Virus record (IMG/VR): IMGVR_UViG_3300044731_001657
Span: 1-28,135 of that record
Origin: a virus
Taxonomy: Duplodnaviria; Caudoviricetes
Strand: one strand, 5' to 3'
Length of the DNA: 28,135 bases
Shown here: positions 7,206-15,291 of the stretch, one piece after another
Numbering within the stretch: the first letter of the stretch is position 1
How the letters are laid out: each line of letters begins with the position of its first letter
Position numbers and translations under genes: made by a program
Notes under the pieces: model-generated
The model's database searches: none
Seen by the model: only the letters and a program-made list of their open reading frames with translations
Told to the model about the DNA's origin: nothing

Positions 7206-7472
7206 ATGATTCCGATGACCAAGCGAGTGTCCCGCAAGCGGCTTGAGGCAGCGTGGTTTGCGCTGGGTCCGCCAGACTATGTGCAGCCAGACAAAACGCA
7301 GCGTTTGTTTTGGGCCATTTGGAATGACCCGCCGTATCCCAATCACTTAGACTTTGAGACCTACGAAGAATACGCCGCAGCCATAAGGGAGTGTGAGCGA
7401 AACGTGGTAAGGCTTTATTCTGATCCAGACGAAGAGTCCCAGACGGACGCAACATCCACCTCGCGGTCGTAG
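7206..7472 (+). CDS. Hypothetical protein, convergent with and overlapping the integrase 3' end
   Basis: 88-aa ORF (MIPMTKRVSRKRLEAAWF...) directly after a promoter; AT-richer than its neighbours. Confidence 0.55.
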   Translation: MIPMTKRVSRKRLEAAWFALGPPDYVQPDKTQRLFWAIWNDPPYPNHLDFETYEEYAAAIRECERNVVRLYSDPDEESQTDATSTSRS

Positions 7473-8527
7473 ACAGCGTAAAATCTGGCCGTTGTCTGCG
7501 GGCTTGCGTGGCCGAGCATGTGCTGCACTACGCTGATCTTTCCGGTGGCGTTGAGCATGTCGGAGCCAGCTTGGCGGCGCAGCTCGTAAGCTGCCGAGCG
7601 CCGGTCTGGCAGGAACTCGCGCACCCAGAGGTTAAAGTTGCGCTCCATGAATTTCATTCGCATGCCGGCGGTGCGACCGACAACCATGAAGTCGTCCGCG
7701 GCGAGCAACTCTGGCACCATCCATTGCGGCAGCGCCATGACCCGCCCGCGCTTGTGGCCAGTCTTGAGCGTCAGCTCCTCGTTGGGCCGCTCAATGAGCA
7801 CCATGACGTGCCGGTCGCCGCGGTCTTCGATCCAGCCCTTGCGGCAGTAGGCGACCTCCTTGGGCGTCATGCCCAGGTAGCGGGTCAGCAGGAAGGCGCG
7901 CCGGGTGGCGCCGCCGATGGCCTTGCTGCTGGCGTCCATCTTTTCCAGCGTCTCCGGCGGGATACGGATAAAGGTTGAGACCGGCGCCTTCATGCCCTTG
8001 GTTGCCGCGGCAAACTTGGCGATGGAGTCCGGCAGCTCAAAGCCCTCCCAGTCTAAGGGATGGGCGAAGATGGCCCGCGCCGACGCCAAGTTGGTGCGCA
8101 CGCTGTAGGCGCTGCCTTGAAACTTGGCGCGATACTTGGAGACCAGTGCTGGCGAGATGACCGAGAGCGGCTTGGCCCGCACAGCGTCATTGTCGCCGCC
8201 GAGTGCGGTGCGCAGGACGATGAGGAGGCAATTGACATTGGCGTTGCGGCTGGCGATTTTGCTGCCCTGCAAATAATGATTGATAGCCTTGCCAACCGGG
8301 AGCGCCGTGGCGCGCATAGCGTGGTCCTTGAGAGCGGTCACGCCTTTGGTCGCCGTGTCATTGAGGATCGCCTTGGCTTTCACCTTGGCCAGCTCGAGGC
8401 TCTCGGTGCCAAGCGAGACCCGCTGCCGCTTGCGGATGCCTGGGTTGTAGAACTTCAGCTGCCAGCGCGGCGAGGCCGCAGTGGTGTAAAGACGGCCAGA
8501 GATGCCGCTGCTTTTGATGGCGTGCAT
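7415..8527 (-). CDS. int: Tyrosine recombinase / phage integrase
   Basis: N-terminal arm-binding-like WQLKFY...RQRVSLGT...A; C-terminal YELRR...VQHMLGHASPQTTARFY; adjacent to a tRNA-derived att core. Confidence 0.9.
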   Translation of the reverse strand: MHAIKSSGISGRLYTTAASPRWQLKFYNPGIRKRQRVSLGTESLELAKVKAKAILNDTATKGVTALKDHAMRATALPVGKAINHYLQGSKIASRNANVNCLLIVLRTALGGDNDAVRAKPLSVISPALVSKYRAKFQGSAYSVRTNLASARAIFAHPLDWEGFELPDSIAKFAAATKGMKAPVSTFIRIPPETLEKMDASSKAIGGATRRAFLLTRYLGMTPKEVAYCRKGWIEDRGDRHVMVLIERPNEELTLKTGHKRGRVMALPQWMVPELLAADDFMVVGRTAGMRMKFMERNFNLWVREFLPDRRSAAYELRRQAGSDMLNATGKISVVQHMLGHASPQTTARFYAVYDREVDVASVWDSSSGSE

Positions 8528-8544
8528 GCCGACCGTTCGCAGAG

Positions 8545-8759
8545 TTTGGCAGTGGCGTCAAATAGTTTGGCAAAAGTTTGGCCGATTCTTTGGCAAAAAG
8601 ATGGGTATCTGTTAGACGTTGTTGGACGCTGTCAGCACCGCCCGTCAGAAGAATTTGATAGTTCGCCGGCATAGCACAGCGGTAGTGCACCTGATTTGTA
8701 AAGAGCTGCCCAGCCCTGTATTCATGCGGGTCTCCAGCCACTTTGGCCGATAGTTTGGC
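8545..8759. other. attP region: tRNA-derived core flanked by arm-type direct repeats
   Basis: TTTGGC at 8545, 8566, 8577, 8589 (left) and 8742, 8754 (right); ATAGTTTGGCA and TTTGGCCGAT occur on both sides; 10-bp-phased TGTTAG/TGTTGG/TGTCAG at 8610-8635. Confidence 0.8.
8665..8701 (+). tRNA. 5' half of tRNA-Thr(UGU), truncated after the anticodon loop (att core, not a complete tRNA)
   Basis: GCCGGCA-TA-GCAC-AGCGGTA-GTGC-A-CCTGA-TTTGTAA gives the acceptor 5' strand, a perfect D arm, the anticodon stem 5' strand and a loop with TGT. The expected TCAGG and T arm do not follow. Confidence 0.85.
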
Positions 8760-8760
8760 A

Positions 8761-8789
8761 TTGACAAACGCCTCTCAATCCGTCATAAT
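8761..8789 (+). promoter_or_regulatory. Near-consensus sigma70 promoter
   Basis: TTGACA(8761-8766)-17 bp-CATAAT(8784-8789), ending 11 nt upstream of ATG 8801. Confidence 0.8.
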
Positions 8790-8800
8790 ATTGGCGGACA

Positions 8801-9427
8801 ATGAGGGAAGGAGCAGAGTGGAAAAAGGGAGATGTCCATGCGCAAAGCGGCCACATCTTTCAAGGCTACCGCAGGTATCGCCGTCCAGACGGCACCTACA
8901 GGATCGCAGAGCGCTGGGCCAGCCCTGCCTGCCAGGCCAAGAACAACAAGGAAGCGATCCGCGCGGCCAATACCGCTTACTACCAAGCCAACAAAGAGCG
9001 CATCCTGCGCAACACGGCCCAGTGGAAAAAGGAAAACCCGGCCAAGTTCGCCGACCACCGCCGCAAATATCTCCGCAATAGCCCCAAGGCGCGAATCGCC
9101 AACAATTCCCGAGACCGTATCCGCCGCATGATTGGAAGCCAAGGCAAGGGCCGCGGCCGGTCAAATAAGCTTATCGGCTGCGATGCCTATTCACTTTGTC
9201 TCATCCTCGAAGCGCAGTTCATGCCCGGAATGACCTGGGAGAACTACGGAACCGTCTGGCACGTTGACCACATCATTCCCCTCGCCACCTACGACCTCAC
9301 CGATCCCACCCAGCAGCGCGAAGCCTTTCACTACACCAACCTCCAGCCGCTCTGGGCGTCCGCCAACATGGCCAAGGGCGACACGGTGGAGGGCGAGGAT
9401 GTGGTGCTGGAAATGCTGGCGGCTTAG
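8801..9427 (+). CDS. HNH-type endonuclease with a basic helical N-terminal region
   Basis: GMTWENYGTVWHVDHIIPL...FHYTNLQPLWASANMAKGD; YYQANKERI-type basic helix. Confidence 0.85.
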   Translation: MREGAEWKKGDVHAQSGHIFQGYRRYRRPDGTYRIAERWASPACQAKNNKEAIRAANTAYYQANKERILRNTAQWKKENPAKFADHRRKYLRNSPKARIANNSRDRIRRMIGSQGKGRGRSNKLIGCDAYSLCLILEAQFMPGMTWENYGTVWHVDHIIPLATYDLTDPTQQREAFHYTNLQPLWASANMAKGDTVEGEDVVLEMLAA

Positions 9428-9429
9428 GC

Positions 9430-9460
9430 AAAATGAAAGGGCCAGCCGTAGCTGACCCTT
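9430..9460 (-). terminator. Rho-independent terminator of the virion operon (possibly bidirectional)
   Basis: Minus strand AAGGGTCAGC-TACG-GCTGGCCCTT-TCATTTT: 10-bp stem, C(UACG)G tetraloop, U-rich tail; lies between convergent genes. Confidence 0.8.
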
Positions 9461-9487
9461 AGTCTCCTTCCGGGCGTGCCGGATGAG

Positions 9488-12400
9488 TTATTTGTTACGC
9501 TTTGGCGCAACAAGTTTTTCTGGGAAAAATATCTGAAACGTCACCTCGCCGCCGTCTTCCAGCCGCAAGCCGTCATATCCTTGAGCGATAAGCTGGTCGG
9601 TCGAAAACTTATCTGTCTCATTCCAACCTCCTAGCTTGAGCTTCTTTTCATCCAGCAATCGCTCCACGATAGCGCCCTTGCCCGTAGCTGCAACATTGCC
9701 CGACTCAATCGAGCTTTTGTCCGTTGTAAACCAAATGGTGCCATCTGCTGCGCTACTTACGTCAAAACCGGCCTTTGCTATTACCTTAGCCGCCTGCGCG
9801 CTTGTGCCGTGGTATATGCGAGTCATCTGCGAGGATGCTACTGTGTCTCTGCTGCTTACGCCACCATCCGGCATCGCCTGCCCACGCCTCTGCAACGCCC
9901 GCTGCAACTGCGGATCTTCCTGCCGTACGCCACGGCGCTCCAGCTCTGCGCTGATCGCCTCGTTGCGCCGGAGCAGCTCGCGGGTCTGTGCGGCGCCGCC
10001 ACGCACCGGACGGCCCTCACGCATGCCCAAGGTGGACAGCCCGAGGTAGCCTTGGTTCTCCTCGTATTGGCGCAGGAGTTGGTCGGTGGGAGCGGACTCA
10101 AGGGAGTCCGGCATGGCCTGGGCGCGGATTCCTCGCTCAACCACAAGCTGCTCGCCCCTCTCTATTGCAGTATTTCGCAGCTCTGACAATTGTGCCTGCG
10201 TGATGTTTTTACCATCAGCATACAACTTGCCGGACTCCCTTGCGTTTAGGCGAACAAATCCTAAGTCCATATAGTCAGCAGTGCTGATGGGAAATTTTCT
10301 TCCTTCCAAAATGCCCGCATGACCATGCGCGCCGACATTCAAGAACTTTCCGTCTGGCGTCATCCATGCGGTTTGCGTTGTCATGCGCGGCTGTGCTCCT
10401 CCTAGCCGCATAACAGCGTCTTCAATGATCTGCCCGCGCGCCCCCACATCCGGCATCCCCTGAGCCTCCCGCGGGATCTGCTGGGGCATGCGGTTGTTGT
10501 TGATCTTGTCGTAGTCGAAGGAAAGCCCCTCGCGGCCGGTCGGCGTGAGGTCGTTGTAGCGGTCGAGGCGGAAGCTGCGCACGCTGCCGCGCGGGTTGAG
10601 GTCGCTGAATAGCGGGTTGGCCTTGCGCTGCACGGCGGTGCCGGTGCCGATCAAGCCGTTGAGCATGTCCCGCTTGGCTTGTCCGATACCGGCCTCACCC
10701 GGCAGTCCGTTGCGATGGTTGCCGAGGTAGGTTCTGAGGTCCGCCTCAATCACCTGCATATCATTGTTAAAGATCCCCAGCTCGCCGTTGTTGATCGCCT
10801 TCATGGCAGACGCGCGGAAGGCGTTAAGATCCATGAGCACCGTCTTGAGGTGCTTGTTGCCCGTCAGCTCCCAGCCCACGAACGCCACCTCGCGCTGGAT
10901 CGCCCGGATGTCGCCTCGGTTGCGGACGCGGTAAACGCCGTCCTTGCCGTCGCCGATGGCGTTGTAGTCGGCGATGAACGTCATGCCGCGCTCGCGGCTG
11001 GCCTCAAGCACTCGGGCAAATTCTCGCATCCATTTGGGGAAGTGGACGAAGTGGTCGAACTGAGCTGGCAGTGTGGGGCCGCTGACAATCGTGCGCCCAG
11101 AGTCTGTCGTGCGCCGACCGAACTCCGTTGAGTTGGGAGCCAAGATGCGCGACGGGTTGTACATCGTGTTGGCTTGGGACGTGCGGGAGCGTTCGCGGGT
11201 GCGCACCTCGCCAGGACTGCGCCATTGCGTCTTGCCGGTCTCGTCCACATACAGAAACTCGTTGCCAACTTGGCCGCCCTTGTCCGGGTCTGGGCGCATC
11301 TTGGTGTGTGGCGAGCGGGCCGCGCTGTCAGGCGTGCCATCGACAGACACCTTGGTGCCGCGGGTCTCCCGCTTGCCGGCGTCCTCTAGTCCGGCCAGCA
11401 AATCATTGTAGGCGCGCACATGCTCGATCATCCGCTTGCGCAGCACCGGCGACTGGAAGAGCGGGTTGTCGCGGAACAGCACCGAAGGGTTGTCCAGCGG
11501 CTTGCCGGTCGTGCGGTCGAACTTGGCGCCCAGCACCTCCAGCACGCGCGCCGAGGTAGCCAGAGCGCTCTCCAGCACCTTGGGTCCGCCTGCGCGGATG
11601 CCGCGGAAGTCGATGCCCTTCGCCTCACCGGCAAACTGCTCGGCTGTTACCTCGTCCCTTGCCCAGTCGTAATCATTGCCGCCCCTTTCGCGGCTGCGCT
11701 GGTTGTATTCATCGATGCGGGCGTCGATCAGCGCATCGCGCTCGGCAGCCTCCACCGGCTTGCCTTTCATCACGTCCGACATGGTGCGCTTGCCGCTGCG
11801 CACGTCGGCAATCTCTTCCGGCGTCAGCGCTACGGCCCCTTCATGCGTGCCGAACATGATGTCGCCGTCAACGATCTGCGCCATGTATTCGCGCCCGCGC
11901 GCCTTGATACCGTCCTCGCCGTAGACCTGCGTGACGTAGTTGCGCATGTCAGTGCGGATGTCTCCGTCAAGGATGTCGCTGGTCAGGATTGCGTGGGCAA
12001 TTTCGTGCGGCATCGAGCGGCTCGGCGGCATGTAGTCCACGACCTGCTGACCGGCCTTGACCGTGTCGCCGTCATTGACCAGCAGTCGCCGTCCCTTGGG
12101 TGCAGCGATAAATTCCGTGCGGCCATCATTCCCGCGGACACGCACCTCGCGGACGCCATCGCCGCGGTCACGGACGCGCACCTTGCCATCCATTGAGGCT
12201 GGCTCGCCGACATTGATGAAGATACGCGCCGTGCCGTTGCTGGCCTTCTCGATGAACACACCAGCGCCGGTCTCGTTGCCCGTGGCCCGCACGTCCACAT
12301 TCGCGCGGTAGTCTGAGGCGCGTAGAGTCACAAAGTCTGTCTTGCCCGCCACCACACCCTGCATTCCGGCGATCTGGCCGAGGCGGTCACGTCCAAGGGA

Positions 12401-14110
12401 AATTAGAGCGGGCACATCGCCGTTCACCGCATGCACGTCGATCAGCATTCTGGCGATGTCGGCATCTTTGCGAGAGCTGCTACGCCCGAATGCACCGGCA
12501 AATGGTCCCGCAAAGGTGCCGAGCGTTGCGGCGCCACCAACAATGGCCCCCGCTTGCTCTGCGTCCGGCGCCAGCAAGGCGAACGGCGTAGACGCCAGCG
12601 TGGCCGCAATACCAGAAGACACGGCGTCATCCGCAAAGCGCACCGCCTGCGTCACGCCCGCGCCGTCAGCCAGTCGCGCCAGCTTCCGCGTGATCTCCGG
12701 GTTGTCGGGGTTTTTGGCCACACGGCCCAGCGTGCTTTCCACGCCATTGGCGTAGGGTCGCATGTAGGCGGCGTATTGTGGCGGCACGGTGCCGGTGCGC
12801 AGCAAATCATCAGCCGCCGCCTGACGCACGGCACCAATATTGCCGGCGCGCATCTCGCGCAGCACCATGGCGCCAGTGCCAGCGGCTTGGGAGGTCTTGC
12901 GGATCGTCCCGCCGACCAGCTTGTAGGCTGGCACAATACCGCTTACCGCTGCGACCGGCAGCAGCACGCTGTCCATGCCATCCGTATTGGCCGCCAGCAG
13001 ACCTGCGCCGCCGCTGACCGCAGCAAGCGAGGCCACCTGTTGCGTTTTGCTAAGTCCCGTCTTGTCGGTAACGCGCGCAGCGACCCTAGACCCAAAGTCT
13101 TCCATGCCGTCCGCAACTCCAGCCAAGCCGCGCTCAACTGCCGGTAACGGCATTCCAGTCACTCGAGACAGGCGGCGCAGCACGCGCAGCTTGGAGAATA
13201 TGCCGGCGCCCATTGGCAGTGCGTTGGTAATATCTAGGCCCATTGCCCCAATCGTTGACACCGCCTGCATGGGCTGCTGCCCCAAGACCGTTGTCTGCTC
13301 GTTGGGGAAGGTCATTGTCTTCCCGCCCATCGTGGCCTCAGTAATGTTGCCAGCGTGCGAGCGGGCGTAGCTGTTCTGCTGCAGATAGCGCTCGTAGTCC
13401 TGCTCCTTATCCGGGCCGAACGGCGTCTCCTCAAACACACCCTCGTCGCGCGCCTTGGCGATGGCCGCCATCACGTTGTCGCCATCGACTCTTTCGTTGC
13501 CAGTCTTGGGAACTGCGGCGGCGATTTCGCGCATCTTGGCGTCATTGGCGTTGCCGCGCTGGATGGTGTCGGCGACTTTGTTTTGCCCCCAATTAACAAG
13601 CTGCAGCAACTGCACGCCAGCCTTGCGGCCAATCTCCATGCCAGTGGCTAGGTTACGCGCCGCAAAACGATCTGGGCGGAACATGTTTTCAAACCAGTTT
13701 TCGCGCAGCTCTGTGCCGGCATCCATGCCGAGACTTAGGAGGTTGCCCGGGACATCCTCGGCGCCTTGAAAGAATCGCGCCACCGCATCATCCTGCTGCT
13801 GCCGGTGATCGTACAAGAGCGAGTGCTCCGTATTGGTCAGAATGCGCTGCGGGTCGCGGCTGGCGACCTCGAGGTCTTGGTAGAACTGCTGCTCTTCCTG
13901 CTCCGAGATAGGCTGCGCCGTTGCCGGATCAAACGGCTCATCCAGAGTCGCCGTCTTCCAGTCAAACTCCGTGTCGATATTGACCGGACCCTGCGTTGGG
14001 GCTGGCATTGACCGCTGGCCAAATGTGGTAGCGGTCAGAGTCGCGGAGGGTTTGTCCTCCTCAACCGGCTGCGCTGTCGTCCAATCGAAATCGGGGTCGG
14101 CTTGGGCCAT
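9488..14110 (-). CDS. Large internal virion (DNA-ejection) polyvalent protein with a zincin HExxH domain and C-terminal ADP-ribosyltransferase-like cassette
   Basis: 1540 aa, last gene of the virion operon; N-terminal FD(W/P)xTAQP repeats, Gly/Ala hydrophobic segments, HEIAH plus downstream DEVTAE, C-terminal IYHGTS...IWFTT...GYDG. Confidence 0.8.
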   Translation of the reverse strand: MAQADPDFDWTTAQPVEEDKPSATLTATTFGQRSMPAPTQGPVNIDTEFDWKTATLDEPFDPATAQPISEQEEQQFYQDLEVASRDPQRILTNTEHSLLYDHRQQQDDAVARFFQGAEDVPGNLLSLGMDAGTELRENWFENMFRPDRFAARNLATGMEIGRKAGVQLLQLVNWGQNKVADTIQRGNANDAKMREIAAAVPKTGNERVDGDNVMAAIAKARDEGVFEETPFGPDKEQDYERYLQQNSYARSHAGNITEATMGGKTMTFPNEQTTVLGQQPMQAVSTIGAMGLDITNALPMGAGIFSKLRVLRRLSRVTGMPLPAVERGLAGVADGMEDFGSRVAARVTDKTGLSKTQQVASLAAVSGGAGLLAANTDGMDSVLLPVAAVSGIVPAYKLVGGTIRKTSQAAGTGAMVLREMRAGNIGAVRQAAADDLLRTGTVPPQYAAYMRPYANGVESTLGRVAKNPDNPEITRKLARLADGAGVTQAVRFADDAVSSGIAATLASTPFALLAPDAEQAGAIVGGAATLGTFAGPFAGAFGRSSSRKDADIARMLIDVHAVNGDVPALISLGRDRLGQIAGMQGVVAGKTDFVTLRASDYRANVDVRATGNETGAGVFIEKASNGTARIFINVGEPASMDGKVRVRDRGDGVREVRVRGNDGRTEFIAAPKGRRLLVNDGDTVKAGQQVVDYMPPSRSMPHEIAHAILTSDILDGDIRTDMRNYVTQVYGEDGIKARGREYMAQIVDGDIMFGTHEGAVALTPEEIADVRSGKRTMSDVMKGKPVEAAERDALIDARIDEYNQRSRERGGNDYDWARDEVTAEQFAGEAKGIDFRGIRAGGPKVLESALATSARVLEVLGAKFDRTTGKPLDNPSVLFRDNPLFQSPVLRKRMIEHVRAYNDLLAGLEDAGKRETRGTKVSVDGTPDSAARSPHTKMRPDPDKGGQVGNEFLYVDETGKTQWRSPGEVRTRERSRTSQANTMYNPSRILAPNSTEFGRRTTDSGRTIVSGPTLPAQFDHFVHFPKWMREFARVLEASRERGMTFIADYNAIGDGKDGVYRVRNRGDIRAIQREVAFVGWELTGNKHLKTVLMDLNAFRASAMKAINNGELGIFNNDMQVIEADLRTYLGNHRNGLPGEAGIGQAKRDMLNGLIGTGTAVQRKANPLFSDLNPRGSVRSFRLDRYNDLTPTGREGLSFDYDKINNNRMPQQIPREAQGMPDVGARGQIIEDAVMRLGGAQPRMTTQTAWMTPDGKFLNVGAHGHAGILEGRKFPISTADYMDLGFVRLNARESGKLYADGKNITQAQLSELRNTAIERGEQLVVERGIRAQAMPDSLESAPTDQLLRQYEENQGYLGLSTLGMREGRPVRGGAAQTRELLRRNEAISAELERRGVRQEDPQLQRALQRRGQAMPDGGVSSRDTVASSQMTRIYHGTSAQAAKVIAKAGFDVSSAADGTIWFTTDKSSIESGNVAATGKGAIVERLLDEKKLKLGGWNETDKFSTDQLIAQGYDGLRLEDGGEVTFQIFFPEKLVAPKRNK
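9866..10462 (-). repeat. Three dispersed 15-bp junction repeats CAGG(C/G)(G/C)ATGCCGGA(T/C) encoding Q(A/G)MPD
   Basis: Copies at 9866-9880, 10106-10120 and 10448-10462, all in frame. Confidence 0.85.
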
Positions 14111-14112
14111 TG

Positions 14113-15285
14113 CTAAATCTTGTCGAAGGTTGGTTTTCCTTGTGCATCGTATCCGCGGAACCTTGCAGGGCGCCCCTGGCCGTCACGATAGATTTTGCCG
14201 GGCTGGAATCCCGGCGCGGCAGCAGCAGGTGCTGGCTGCGCTGATGGCGTTGACTGGGTTGCCGCCGTGGGGGCGCTTTTGTTGGGGCTTGCGATTGCTT
14301 TTTGTTCCTCTGCCTTATTCTTAAACATGTCGTACATGCTCTCAAAAATTTGAGCATAAGACTCATCGTCGCGGCGATAGTTGAGACCACCCGTTGCGGC
14401 AGAACGAAGCATGGCGCGTTCTGTTTCGGTGAAGTTGCCCTGTCCTCGGTTTGCCTGAGCTTCGGCCAATGCGAGCGTGGACTCTAAAGTGTCATGGTCA
14501 ACGTACCATCCCACTCGATCTCCCTTTCCACTGCCAAAAACGCTGGCAATCATGCCGCTATCGAACGGCCCAACGCGCCCAAAATACTTCGGCGTCTTTT
14601 TCTCAGAATCCTTTTCGCCCTTCTTGAATCCGCGCAGGCGGTCCATGATCGAAAGAATGTCGTTCGACATTTCCACCGTCTTTTGCGCCTTTTCGGCTTC
14701 CACTGTTTTAAGCGCCCGCGCCTGCGGTGTCTGCTCCTGCGTTGCAACCCGGTCTTGCTGCGCGTGCCAATCTTGCACCAGTCCCGCCGCATATTTCGGA
14801 TCAACCTCTGCGTATCCCTCCGTGCGCTCGTAGACATGGCGCTGCGCTGGAGACCAAGACTGCGCGATGGGCTTGACCATCTCAACGGCCTTGGCCGGAT
14901 CGCCGGTCTGCTGGAGCGCCTGCTGGTAGGCTTGGCGGAAGTCGTTGATGTAGCCGAGGTCAAAGAACGAGCCTTCGTTTTGCAGCGCCGGAGTAGCGCG
15001 GCGGACTTCTGTCTCCTGCGTTGTTGAGGGAGCCTGTCCTGCGGTGTCGTCAATGACGGCCTGGGGCGTGATGCCGGCTTCCTGCTGCGCTCGGGCATAC
15101 GCTTCGTCATAGGACATTCCGCCCCTAACCAAGTCGTCCACCATCTGATTGATGCCGTTCATTTGGCTTATGGCGTCAAGTTGGTCCTGCGACATCACCG
15201 GCATGTCCGCGCCCTCACCATCGTCCACCGGCAGTGGCGCGAGGACCGTCATCGGAGGAGTCGTTCTGTTGTTTGTTAGTCCCAT
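14113..15285 (-). CDS. Putative internal virion / ejection protein
   Basis: 390 aa, helical, Q/A-rich; GNFTETERAML segment and a small C-terminal beta module; lies just upstream of the largest ejection gene. Confidence 0.6.
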   Translation of the reverse strand: MGLTNNRTTPPMTVLAPLPVDDGEGADMPVMSQDQLDAISQMNGINQMVDDLVRGGMSYDEAYARAQQEAGITPQAVIDDTAGQAPSTTQETEVRRATPALQNEGSFFDLGYINDFRQAYQQALQQTGDPAKAVEMVKPIAQSWSPAQRHVYERTEGYAEVDPKYAAGLVQDWHAQQDRVATQEQTPQARALKTVEAEKAQKTVEMSNDILSIMDRLRGFKKGEKDSEKKTPKYFGRVGPFDSGMIASVFGSGKGDRVGWYVDHDTLESTLALAEAQANRGQGNFTETERAMLRSAATGGLNYRRDDESYAQIFESMYDMFKNKAEEQKAIASPNKSAPTAATQSTPSAQPAPAAAAPGFQPGKIYRDGQGRPARFRGYDAQGKPTFDKI

Positions 15286-15291
15286 GGCTGG

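Noticed and set aside
9469-9484. CGGGCGTGCCGGAT resembling an inverted copy of the QAMPD junction (shufflon-like inversion site)
   Set aside because: Needs a gap and a mismatch, is explained by a small TCCGG-N5-CCGGA hairpin, and no invertase or sensible antisense cassette was seen.
8665-9487. tRNA-Thr interrupted by a group I intron carrying the HNH gene
   Set aside because: No 3' exon (TCAGG, TTCRA T-loop, TGCCGGC) seen after the HNH gene and no intron core evident. Arm repeats and the adjacent integrase explain the fragment as attP.
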